Origin: Anolis carolinensis
Taxonomy: Eukaryota
Assembly: GCF_035594765.1 (NCBI RefSeq)
Contig: NC_085843.1
Span: 227,703,971 to 227,767,970, forward strand
Direction of reading: 5' to 3'
DNA length: 64,000 nt
Part shown: piece after piece, positions 1 through 11,354 of the stretch
Layout of the letters: each line of letters opens with the position of its first letter
Numbering within the stretch: position 1 is the first letter of the stretch
Made by a program: the position numbers and the translations under genes
The notes under the pieces: model-generated
Database searches by the model: none
Told to the model about the DNA's origin: nothing
The model's input: the letters and a program-made list of their open reading frames with translations, nothing else

Positions 1-290
1 TTTAAGCTTAAATTGCCCATTTTCATTAACCCATTGAGAATCCCTGGAATAAATTTCAAGAGTATTTGTTTTATTGGGTAGGTTTTGTGTTTCACTTCTG
101 ATCTCTCCTGCTACTTTGTCCATATAAACAATGGTAGCCCTTTTGGAAATGAATCAAACAAGTTTCAGTAAAGAGATTTACAATCAACTTTGATAATAAT
201 TTTAAATGTATGAGCAGTGAGATGGTTCATAGCTGGAATGAACAGTGCACTCCAGACTTTCAGCACCTTAAAGTAATCCAAACTTTAAGG

Positions 291-425
291 CAGTGGTTCT
301 CAACCTGTGGGTCCCCAGGTGTTTTGGCCTACAACTCCCAGAAATCCCAGCCAGTTTACCAGCTGTTAGGATTTCTGAGAGCTGAACGCCAAAGCATCTG
401 GGGACTCACAGGTTGAGAACCACTG
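291..425. mobile_element. hAT-type MITE (135 bp)
   Basis: Terminal inverted repeats CAGTGGTTCTCAACCTGTG...CACAGGTTGAGAACCACTG; perfect 8-bp TSD CTTTAAGG (283-290 and 426-433). A second copy lies at 29358-29492. Confidence 0.9.
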
Positions 426-451
426 CTTTAAGGGAACTATTCAGGACTTTT

Positions 452-816
452 AAGAGCCTTCTCAGTGGTGGCCCCTTGGCTGTGGAACTCTCTCCCCAGT
501 GAAATTAGATCAGCTTCCTCCCTCCTAATCTTCAGAAAGAAATTAAAAACATGGATGTGGATCCAAGCTTTCCGACAGTAACTTTTCAGTTCCATAAGTA
601 AATACAGAACTACTGGAATGTCTTCGGACTATGATTTTGGATTGTGTGGTTTTATAATTGGTTTTAATGTTGAGTTGTTTTAACTTTTTGGTTTTACTGT
701 ATATGTTTAATTTATTTTTATGTATGTTTGTACAGCATTGAATTGTCCCCTACTTGTAAGCCACTCTGAGTCCACTTCGAAGTGAGAAGGATGGAGTAGT
801 AAATAAATAAATAAAT
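452..816 (+). mobile_element. L2-clade LINE 3' end fragment
   Basis: Translates to RAFSVVAPWLWNSLPSEIRSASSLLIFRKKLKTWMW (L2 ORF2 C-terminus), followed by a T-rich UTR and the tail TGTAAGCCACTCTGAGTCC...(TAAA)n. Confidence 0.8.
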
Positions 817-3355
817 ATCCAGTGTGCCCAACCTTATTTCCAAAATAGGTTCAGTATCTTAAAGTTTGGACTACTTTAAGGTGCTGGAAGACTGGAGTGC
901 TCTGTTCATTCCAGCTACGAGCCATCGCTGCTCATACATTTGAAATTATTATCAGGTGGATTGTAAATCTCTTTCTAACATTCCACAAAAGGGCATATGT
1001 GGATCATATAGAATAGAGATTCATGGCATTCTTTTAGTAAACAAACTGACATTCTCCATGGCTATAACTCCATATTATTATAGTTGATGGCATTTTTAGG
1101 AATATGCAGAAATCAAATCAGAGTTTGAAATGATTTTTTTAAATAATCATGAGTGTATAGTTCATTTCTGCTTCCATATTAACACATCATAACAAATTCA
1201 CCATTGCTTATTGCTTGTTACTAATCAATCACATTCATTTTACATATTTGCCTTTCAAGTTTGAGAAAGTATACTGAGAAAATAGCAAAAAAATGTACCC
1301 AAATCTTCCAAATGCAGCATTTTATAATCAATGAGAAAACATTTCTCATTTCGTGAAAATATAATCATAATTGGCAGATAGGGTGCTATTTTTTTTTTTA
1401 AAAAAAGCATTCTTATGACTTTGTTATCCACCTTGTTTCAAGTAACACATTACAAGTAACCTCATTCATGCTTTGCTTCCAAGTTGGGAATCGAACTGTA
1501 TGGGGAAGTTAACATAAACTACAAGAAAGATTTATCAGCTCATTAGATAGTAATTCCACTTTTATTTTTTAATGTTTTTTTTTAAAAAAAAGAACGAAGA
1601 GACTCAATTAACTCTAATCTTATTAAAATTCATTTTCTCCATCAATAATAATAATAATAATAATAATAAATAATCTGCTCTCTTCTCATATTAATTTCAT
1701 GTTTCACATGCGCTGGAATCCAAATAAGTTCAAGGGTGATTTATATGTGTAATAAAATTTAAAAGCAGTTGCGCTTCCCACCAAATCACTCAAATTTCTC
1801 AAAATAAATGGAAATATTCAGTTACTGAACATCTATAGAATTCTCATTAGGCCTCAAGGTCACTGTGTTCCTCTAGTGTATATGTCCAGGTCTGATTATT
1901 AGAGAGATATAAACCCATCTGTCGTTAGCTCTTATACACCTCACCAAATTCAACAGTTTAGACATGAGAAAGAGGGAGGGAGGAAGACAGGGGGAAAAGC
2001 TGCCACTCTTACTATTCCTTTATATGCTCTGAAATGTCTGTGTTAGAGTTTCATTGGAAATGTGTGCTGTAGGGAATGTTGAGAGATAAGAGGTGAGGAG
2101 GGCTTACATTTCAGTTGGCATCACCTTCCCAAAATTAATGAATGCCAAAGGTTAGGATGGGTTCTTATACAGTCAGTATGAAATGGTCTCAGGGGACCTG
2201 AAGGTGCCTCAGGAAGTCACTAAACTTGGAATGAACAGCTCCCGCTGCTAGCTAGCAGAATACAAACAGCAATGCCCATATGAGCATAAATAGATTTTTC
2301 CTCTTACTCTTAGCAAATAAAGATCCAAATGCATTTAAATCTGTTCTAAGAAGGTCATGGCCTTATAATTAGAAAAGAAGAAGATATCTGAGAACATTGC
2401 CCCGAAGCAGGCTGTGGCAGGTCCAAAAGCGAAATTTCTGATCTCTGCACCCTCCATTGTCATACAGAAAGGGACATGCCCCAAAGATGGAAAACAAAAC
2501 CCAAAGAACAAAACAGAAGTCATCAGAAGTTCATTTCTGATTTTGAAAAATAAACATATCTCCCTTACCAATGTTAAATAGTGTGGCAATTCATTTAGTA
2601 GATTTCTAATAGAAGTAATTCACCTTTGTCTTATACGAGAAAAGTATAAGAGATGTTTATTTTCGTACAGAGAAAAGTGAAGGTTGGGAAAATGAAGGGC
2701 TATCATATCAACCTTTAAAACATATATAGACTGTGTCTACTCATGCCCTAACGGGTAAATGAAAATGTGCTATTCAAGTTTTTAACCAATGCAACTTATT
2801 GAAACAATAAGAAAAAAATATATAATTAAGCCACAATTGACTTGGGTTGGTTATGAATGGGAAACATCTAGGGCATCCTATCATCAACAGGTTTGCTCAG
2901 GTCCTGCAGATTTATTATAGCTGGAATGTCTAGGTTTGGACTGGCTCTTTGATAGATCAAGGACTGCATAAATTAAAGAGGCCTTTCCCTCCAAATGTAG
3001 ACATTTGATTATACATTCCCATCATGTTTCTATCTCATATCTAAACTGCATCTTCAAATAAAACTATATTGTTGTGGTGCGATTTTACATACAATAAATA
3101 GGAGCAGACTATAATCTAGATCCAAAGCATTATCAAGCTTCACAGAAAGTGCTACAATTCCAGTTATTGTTATGACATCATGCAATCCTGGGGTTTCTAA
3201 TTTGGGAAGGGGTATTTAACATTCTCTGAAAAAGAATTCCAGTGCCTCCCCACACCACAAGCTCCAAGGTTTCATAGTTAAAGTTAAATATAGCATTGCC
3301 CATTATAAAGGGCTCCTTATGTACTTTGTGGAATGCTGATATAGACACCAGTTTT

Positions 3356-3585
3356 ATTTATTTTTCATGTCAGAAGCGACTTGAGAACATACTGCAAGTC
3401 ACTTCTAGTGTGAGAGAATTGGCCGTCTACAGAGACGCCTGGATGTGTTGGTGGAAGGCTTCTCTCATGTCCCCATAAGCTAGAGCTGACAGACAGGAGC
3501 TCACCCCATCTCGCAGATTTGAACCGGCAACCTTCAGGACAGCAACCAAACCTTCAGCTCAGCCAGCACAAGGGTTTAACCTATC
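3356..3585 (-). mobile_element. tRNA-derived lizard SINE, diverged copy (same family as 8885-9174 and 45646-45925)
   Basis: Reverse-complement similarity to the TSD-flanked SINE at 45646, including the tail ...TCTCTCACAC(T/C)AGAAG(T/C)GACTTGCAGT...CTCAAGT(C/T)GCT(T/C)CTGACA. Confidence 0.8.
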
Positions 3586-4397
3586 AGTTTTAATGATGCA
3601 TGATTTCTGCTTGGTGACCATACTGTTTTATCTTCTTTTTCTTTAAGATCTATGTATAGCTGTTATGTGTGCAGCTTGCTTCAATGAAATTAGTGAGGAG
3701 TAGAATTTCAGAATACTGAAAATCATGCAAGACACTTCCTTTCTTGTCCATGTGCCCATACATTTGCATGTAGACCACAAACATCCCAGTGGGGAAGATA
3801 GGAGTTTCGGGGCTCAAATAGAGGCCTACACATATACACTTGTACTAGGATAGTCTCATCCTAATACTCATCCTTGTATTCATGTTTTACATGCAAACAA
3901 TTGCTCTTATTCTCTATTGGCATTTAAATAACATCAAGATAGCAATTCTGTCAAATTACACATGACAAAAAAATACACAAATCAGAAGTTCTTTATTTTT
4001 AGTAGGCCTATCAAGCTGCTAACATGATCATGGATGACGGAACTCTGAGCAATGGGTGCTCAAAGTACCTCTAAGAAATGATTTGACCACCAAAACTGTT
4101 GTGTAGTTGAACCCACTTTATCAAACGAAAGTGTACTAGATGATCATTATTTTACTGTTGCTTTGAAGGTGCTTGGATTGTTAAGAGCTTCAGCTGGATC
4201 GTGATAGTGGTTTTTCCATTGTTTTGTAGAAACAAACCTACATATAGTCAAAATTAATAACATGCAGTCTGACAAGGTTGAGTCCATCACCACATTAGCA
4301 ATAGTTTCAGGATCCTTGAATGAAAGCAACACCTATAATCAGGGATTAATACATCTCTAGGGGTCCGTTCACTACAATTATAGTGCTGTCATTACAA

Positions 4398-4572
4398 TTT
4401 ATTCGCTATGGTTCTATCCTACAGAATCCTAAGATTTGCAGTATGGAAGAGACATTTCAATTTCTCCCCCAAATATTTATAGTGCCTCACCAAACTACAA
4501 ATCCCAGAATTCCATAAGAGACATTGGCAGTTAAAGTGGAATAATTGCTATAATTGCAAGGTATGAATGTCT
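4398..4572. mobile_element. old palindromic MITE (Harbinger-like); related copy near 3130-3340
   Basis: Quasi-palindromic: CAATTATAG near the left end vs CTATAATTG near the right; internal AGAATCCTAAGATTTGCAGT vs ACTACAAATCCCAGAATTCC. Confidence 0.45.
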
Positions 4573-4585
4573 ATTTTCTCTCTGT

Positions 4586-5109
4586 GGGTGATTCTACACA
4601 AACACTATAATGCAGCTTGAAGGTGGCTTGATGTCAAAGTGTCTACAGAATGTACACCCCTTATGAATCCCTAATGCACATTGCATATCACATTAAGGCA
4701 GAAATAGTGTGATAAAAAGAACCTCAGCAGACACAAACATGTGGAATGCTTGTCAGAACAGGGCTAGCGCTGGCACACTAAAAAAAACTCAGAAATGCAG
4801 CTGGCCAAAGGTAAACACCCCCCCCCCCCAAGAAAGGGAGCCGACTTTTGCCCCTCTGCTTCCATTTCTGTGTCCTGCCATCCTGCCATGGTATAGTGCT
4901 GATGGCGATGCACATCAGAGCATTCCAGCAAATTGGGTAAGGAAAAAATCAATTCCTGAGCCTACTTCCTATCTGCATTCAGCAAATACTGTAACCACCA
5001 TCCCAACCCTGAACTGGTTCCTGTGGCAATTGTGTAGGCACTCCACAGGAACACTTGTCTCTTTAAATCCACATCCTAACATGGTTTAAGTGCTTGTGTA
5101 GAGCCATCC
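4586..5109. mobile_element. PIF/Harbinger-like non-autonomous DNA transposon
   Basis: Imperfect 21-bp TIRs (GGGTGATTCTACACAAACACT vs reverse complement GGATGGCTCTACACAAGCACT); 3-bp TSD TGT (4583-4585 and 5110-5112). Confidence 0.65.
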
Positions 5110-5354
5110 TGTAAAAGAATAGTAAATATTAAAGTTACTGTGAAAGCTTTCCTGTAGGAAGACAGGTATGAATGCTTTAAAATAAATGCACAAATGAACT
5201 AAAATAGTGTTCATCAAATGCTTCAAAGTCATATTCAAACCCTATAAAACCAAGCTCATGGAATTGAATAATGAAGGGAAAAAAGAAATAGCAGGGAACA
5301 AGATAAAGTTATCAACAAGATGTGGCCAAGTTACTTTCTTGGATGATACGTATA

Positions 5355-6124
5355 CAGTAGAGTCCCGGTTATCCGACTTCCGTTTATCCGACACACCGTA
5401 TTATCCGACGCACTGCCGGGGGGGGGGGGGGGGAGCGTGGCAAGGAGGGAAGGAACTTTTGCACCCATGCATGGAGGAGGGTGCAGAGGGGAGGGCCAAA
5501 CTTGAAAGGCGCCATTTGAGAAACCTTTGAAACTGAAGCCACAGGAGGGTGCCTGGAGAGAGGCAGGCTCAGAAGGAAGCTTTAATGGAAAATTTCTTCT
5601 CCCCCCCCCCGGCGCCTTCCTTGTTTACCTTACAGGAGCTCAAAGGCTCCCACCAGCTGTTTCTAGGGGCGGGCAGCGAGGCGGGCTCCGTGTGGAAAAG
5701 GGCCCGGAGCCGCCATGCGCATGGCTGCCTCTGACGCGGCGTCTGTCTCCCCCTCCTCCTCCTCCTTCGCATCTTCCTGGGGAGGAAGAGGGAGAAAAAA
5801 GCTCTTCTCTCGAGCTCCCTTCCTGCCAAGGGAAAGAAAAGCTCTCCTCCCCCTCCTCCCACTCTTCTCTTGAGCTCTCTCTCTCCCTTTGGCTGCTTGA
5901 GAGCCCGCCTCGCTGCCCGCCCCTAGAAACAGCTGGTGGGAGCCTTTGAGCTCCTGTAAGGTAAACAAGGAAGGTGCCGGGGGGGGGGGGAGAGAAGAAA
6001 TTTTCCATTAAAGCTTCCTTCTGAGCCTGCCTCCCTCCATGCATAGGGCCTCCGTATTATCCGTCAATTTCAGTTATCCAACATTGGGCCCGCCCGTTTA
6101 TGTTGGATAACCGGGACTCTACTG
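5355..6124. mobile_element. Tc1/mariner (Tigger/pogo-like) non-autonomous element with GC-rich internal inverted repeat
   Basis: TIR CAGTAGAGTCCCGGTTATCC at both ends; TA TSD; internal ~135-bp inverted repeat (about 5555-5688 vs 5900-6038). Confidence 0.85.
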
Positions 6125-7787
6125 TAGTTCCATGTGTGGCAAGTAGCCATACTGTCAATGGAATCTAGAAACTATAATCCAAATGCAAACTCTAGTATCA
6201 AAATACCTGATGTTTACAGAAGTAGAACAAATCTTTAAAAATTCAAATCTTCCTGGAACAAAGAAATAGCTCAGTGAGGAATTACTTTGTTCCAGTTGAC
6301 CTTGAGAAGCCATGGGATGTTGAATGCCAAATGGAAAAGATTGAAATACAAAGGGTAGTGAAGACAGTTCTGCTACCCTTACGATATAAAAGAAGTGAAG
6401 TGCAATCTTTCTGAGCTGCAACCCCCAGCAGCCCTTGTCGGCATAGCCATTGCTAAAGAATGGTGGATGCTGCAGTGATAAAACACTTACAAGATCACAT
6501 TTTCCATAGCCTTGGTATAGTATTATTCATGTGTTGTTATTCTCATCCCAATATTGCTCACTAAATACTGCATTTTAAAAATTTCACCTTTAAGATTTTG
6601 GTTCTAAATGCATATTTTATTAGTTTTCTTTAGAATTCCCCAGGGAAACTTTTGACAGCCGACTTCAGTTTTAGTACTCTGTATTATAGCTCTTTAAAAA
6701 AACACAAGTTTATTGGTAACATGAATAAAGAACTCATCTGTAGGATTCTTGCAAAGGAAATAAAAAAACCCTACTGATGAATGCAAGCAATATATGACAT
6801 GCCTGATAAATGCAACACACCAGGGTAAAGAACAAGGAGAACTTTGAAGGTTTCCAATGACATTTTGATTGTAAAAAAATTGTAATGTTTGTGGCATTTT
6901 TGTTATGTCTTTGTATCTAGGAGTTTTATTTTCTTAATAACCAAGTTACAGGTGCTGCAATGAATCTCAGTGGTCTCTGCAGAATTGTTTGTCTGCTGAG
7001 ACACTCATCTGCATGCTGTACATAACACACACTTGCCCTTCCAAAGGATCTGTCACAGAAATATGAGTCTAGCTCTTGACAAGAACTGGAAAGCATAGAG
7101 TTTTGTTTAAGCATGTGTTTAAATGAAGACGGTTGGCAAGCTGATGCTGAAGGCAATTTTAAAAAAAACAATTTAAGGGGCAAACAGTGATTAACTGGCT
7201 ATTCATTTGACTGCCTCTCTATTCCCACCAATACTGCAAGTGAAGATTTTCGACTAAGAGAGCTGTAGAACTCAGACTTGTGACATCTGCATATAGAGGC
7301 GAATGGAATTTGGCCTGTGTTTTCTCTTGCTCTTTTTGAATCATCTTTTGAAACTTTTAGTTGATCTGGCAAAATCACATTTCACTATATCAGATGGGCA
7401 TTCAACGTAGATGAAAAGAGTTTCATACTGCAACATTTGCATGAGATTATTATTGTTGTCTATGGTGCTTTATAAGAAAAACGATGAGCATCCTTCTAAA
7501 AAAAACCCTGGTTCCCTGACTTCAGGCTCATGCCTGAATATTCCCATGATTGTTGAAATGTGAATTCATTAGTTATACATAGATATAAGCCTGCTGAACA
7601 TAGTAAGATTTACTTCATCATGGCATATAAGGAAAAGACAATGACTGTGTGGGAGGGGAATAATTCCAGCTACCCACACTTCCCTTCCCCCCATAAGATG
7701 GGGAAAGGGTGGCGGGGCAACACATGTCGCCACCCTTTCTCCCATCTGATGGAGAAGGAGGGAGGACACACAGGGTGCTACAAGTGC

Positions 7788-7885
7788 CACCAGCAATCGT
7801 TAGCAAAAAGGAAGGGGTGTGGGATGCCCCGTGGCACCCTGCATGCCATCCTGGGCCCCTTCCTTTTTGCTAATGATTGCTGGTG
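7788..7885. repeat. 30-bp-arm inverted repeat, probably the centre of an old Harbinger-like MITE (about 7610-7922)
   Basis: CACCAGCAATCGTTAGCAAAAAGGAAGGGG pairs with CCCCTTCCTTTTTGCTAATGATTGCTGGTG (one G-T pair). Confidence 0.7.
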
Positions 7886-8009
7886 CAATGTCATGGCCCC
7901 CCTGGGCTGTGTGAAAAGGTCCATAGTCTCTGTATTCATATGATTGCATGGCAAAGCATAAAAAGTTATATCCCAGTTAAATCTCTTGAATGTAAGTTAA
8001 TAATTTTAA

Positions 8010-8098
8010 TCTGATTTATAGTGTACTGTATAATTTTTATATGCGTGTTTATTGTAAGCCGCCCTGAGTTCGGGTGAGAAGGGCGGGATATAAACGTT

Positions 8099-8160
<62 letters not shown>
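8010..8160 (+). mobile_element. L2-type 3' tail ending in an (AAT)n microsatellite
   Basis: TGTAAGCCGCCCTGAGTTCGGGTGAGAAGGGCGGGATATAAA followed by about 20 AAT units. Confidence 0.75.
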
Positions 8161-8161
<1 letters not shown>

Positions 8162-8884
8162 TGCAATTCTAATTTTGAAACAATTGCCATATTCATATTG
8201 TTATTATTTGTCCAATGATGATGAAGGTTTTCCTTTCAGGCTTTATTCTGATGAGGTTTGCCACTGCCTTCCTCTGAGGGAGTATGATTAGCCTGTGTGT
8301 CCCAATGGGATTCCAATGTCGAACTGGGATTCAAACCCTAATCTCCCAGACTCCTAGACTATCTCTCAAATGTCTCTACCATCTTGCCACTTCATACAGT
8401 TAACTTCATACATTTCAGAGTATCCTGACGCTCTGTTGTCAGCCTGGCCACTCAGAGTGCTGGTATTATTCAGTGAATCTATTAATTAGCAGTGCAATGC
8501 TCATATGTAACTGCTCTTCCATATTTAATTTTCCCAAACTAGAGATGAAAAGAATATTCAAAAGCATTTGGTTGAAAAAAAAAAAACATTTTCCTGAGTG
8601 TCAAGAATCCATGAAGAGAAGAACCTTGAGGTGATGAAAGTATTTGCAACTTGGGAGTTATTCTATGTAAAATTCAAACATTATCATTTTGCACAGGAAA
8701 CATCATTTTTATGTGGCTTCCTATACAGAAAATGTTGTTTTATGTGCAAAACAACCATATGTGTATTGAGATGACTGAAATTACTAATTGCTTCTTTTGA
8801 GAAGGAAATTAATTAATAATTATACTTCTAATCCAAGGATGAGTACAGAATTTATTTTCATGCCAATGAAACAAAATTGTTGAA

Positions 8885-9174
8885 TTTTTTTGTGTGTCGG
8901 GAGCAACTTGAGAAACTGCAGGTCGCCTCTAGTGTGAGATAATTGGTCGTCTGCAAGGACATTGCTCAGGGGACACCCGGATGTTTTGATGTTTTACCAT
9001 CCTTGTGGGAGGCTTGTCTCATGTTTCCGCAAGGAGCTAGAGCTGATAGAGGGAGCTCATCCGTGCTCTCCTCGGATTGGATTCAAACCGGTAACCTTCA
9101 AATCAGCAACCCAACCTTCAAGTCAGCAGTCCTGCCGGCATAAGGGTTTAATCCACTGCACCACCGAGGGCTCC
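8885..9174 (-). mobile_element. tRNA-derived lizard SINE, near full length
   Basis: Minus strand starts GGAGCCCTCGGTGGTGCAGTGGATTAA (A-box-like), has a B-box-like GGTTTGAATCC, and ends CTCCCGACACACAAAAAAA. Confidence 0.85.
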
Positions 9175-10859
9175 TAACCATCCCCAAACAGAAGCCCTTC
9201 AGATGTACTTGACAACAACTACCATTATCCATTGCTTTACCTATCTGTGCCATTATAATAAAAGACATTGCAGGGAGGGTATACTTTTGATGATACCCAG
9301 GGTCAAACACCAGAAGGCTCTGTGGATGGTGCAGAGAAATGGAGCACAGCATATGAAAGATTGAGGGTAGTAGGTTATTTTTACCCTCCTCATATGCATC
9401 TTTGAATCATTGCTAGATTGATGACACATGAATAGAACATAATATGCAATATCCACAATATTCTTCTATTTCTGTTATTCATGAATATAATCTCCACTGA
9501 ACTGAATAAGACTAACTTCTGAATAGACATGTGTAGGATTGGCTTTTAGCTGCTGCATTTTATCTTTCTGTAGTTCTTTTGGCCTGTTGTTTCATTATGC
9601 CTATTAGTTTGCTTTACACTAGTTTCATTATACTCTAAGACAGTGTTATGGAAATCTGACTTGAAGCAACTGTGACAAAAGGTAGAGCGTATGCTCATTA
9701 AAAAATAATTGAAAGAAATGAAAACATGATCATAGTTTAATCGCCATATATAACATAACTCCATCAACTAGATTTCTCTATTCTCTTTGTTACTCTATTC
9801 TATTAGTATGTTAAAGATGAGGTCACTAGGGAAAATGTATAAATCATTTCATTTAGACATGGCGAATTGCAATGTTATTTTTTCCTTTTATAACTGAGAA
9901 CATGTTGTCGCCTGAAGTAACTCTGCATAGTCAGAATAAATAGTCAGCATTTTCCACATTTATTGTAACATTTTCTATTTGTAATTTATTTAATGATAGC
10001 ACAGACCTCTATGAAGTTGTACTCTGACACCTCACTGGGCTGTGGAATTGACCTTGGCCTGCCAAAGGCTATGTAAGTAAAGCATACATTTTGCAGATTC
10101 TGTCAGGTTCAACTACAACCCCAGGTGCAGATTGTGATTTAATAATCAATTTAAGTATGATCAGGCCTGTCACCAAAAGGATGGTAACCAGTAGGCCTGT
10201 GAATAATTTTGGATCAAAATCGGAAGTCGGGTCAAATTGGTTAAATTTGTGCATATGAAGTGATTTCTGAGACATGCAGGAAAGGTGAGGAGGATTTGGA
10301 ATTTGAAGCACCAATTTTTTCATACATGTTCTGTAATGTTCGGATGTCTCCCAAAGTCAGTTTAATTTTCACTACAATCATTAAGCAACTTTGGTAAAGC
10401 CAAGATAACATAAAGTGCTTTAAAAATCATTCCTTTGACCCCATCTTTGCTGGTGCTGCCATAAATGTAGTTTGGGAAGGCCAGACCCCCAAAGGTAAAG
10501 ATTGCAAAAGGCCCTACATTTACCAGAATGCAAAGCTGCTTTGGACCCAAATGAGGCTGAAGGACCCAAGTGAGGACTGGCCTCAGCAGTTGCCATTTAG
10601 AGACAGTCTAAATAAAATAAATATACTTATAGAATCAGCAAAGAGGACTAAAGTAAGCAAACATTGAGCAACTTTTGCAAAGCCAAGAGAACATAAACTG
10701 CTTTTATTTTGGCCTGATTGTCATAAGGAAGGCACTATGACCTATATGGAGGGTCCCCTCCAATTCAATAGGGGAAGCAAATGGATGTCAGGAGAGTTTC
10801 TATTCGGAAGAAGGGGGTCAGTCTAGATGTCTCTTGATGGTATCTGTATTATTATTTCT

Positions 10860-11102
10860 GTTTTGGGGTTATAAATGTCATTCCCTAATTGGCTATGTCA
10901 TAAAAACATGGCAACAGTTTATTACACTGCCAAAACTTTGTATTTGCGCAAGAGTCATCACCCTAAAGCACATTTTGGTTTGTTGAGTCTCCACCAATTT
11001 AACACAGTTTCTGCCACAAAAACAAAGTTTCTGAAGTGGAACAACTACTTTAAAAGTAAAGACTACACAAGGAAACAGGACATAACACTTTCAAACCAGG
11101 AA
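10860..11102. mobile_element. older repeat, probably a non-autonomous DNA transposon, interrupted by the L1; continues at about 17532-17795
   Basis: The two L1 flanks join at the TSD. From memory they resemble a common anole DNA-transposon repeat; termini not established. Confidence 0.35.
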
Positions 11103-11354
11103 CAGATTTTCTTTATTTTTTTTTTTTAAATAATTTTTATTGAGTTTCTACAACACATCACACTAAAATCAATACAGAGTAAAAAAAGAAAAAGAAAAAA
11201 AAAAAACCCCTCCAGACACTCCCATTTACATACTTGTAGTACTTCCCATCCTCTCTCTTGGGGAGTCTAATTTTATTCAGTTTTTGTAATTATTTTTCTA
11301 TTCTGATTGTATTGATATTTTTCTATTTATTACTTCTATGACAAGGTCTATTCC

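Noticed and set aside
5207-6044. Cluster of 60-140 aa ORFs on both strands
   Set aside because: Products of a GC-rich inverted repeat inside a MITE; the same peptide appears on both strands and no domain is recognisable.
7966-8196. Poly-Ile/Asn/Leu/Tyr ORFs here and at 20113, 21267, 22751, 28568, 43630
   Set aside because: Translations of (AAT)n microsatellites.
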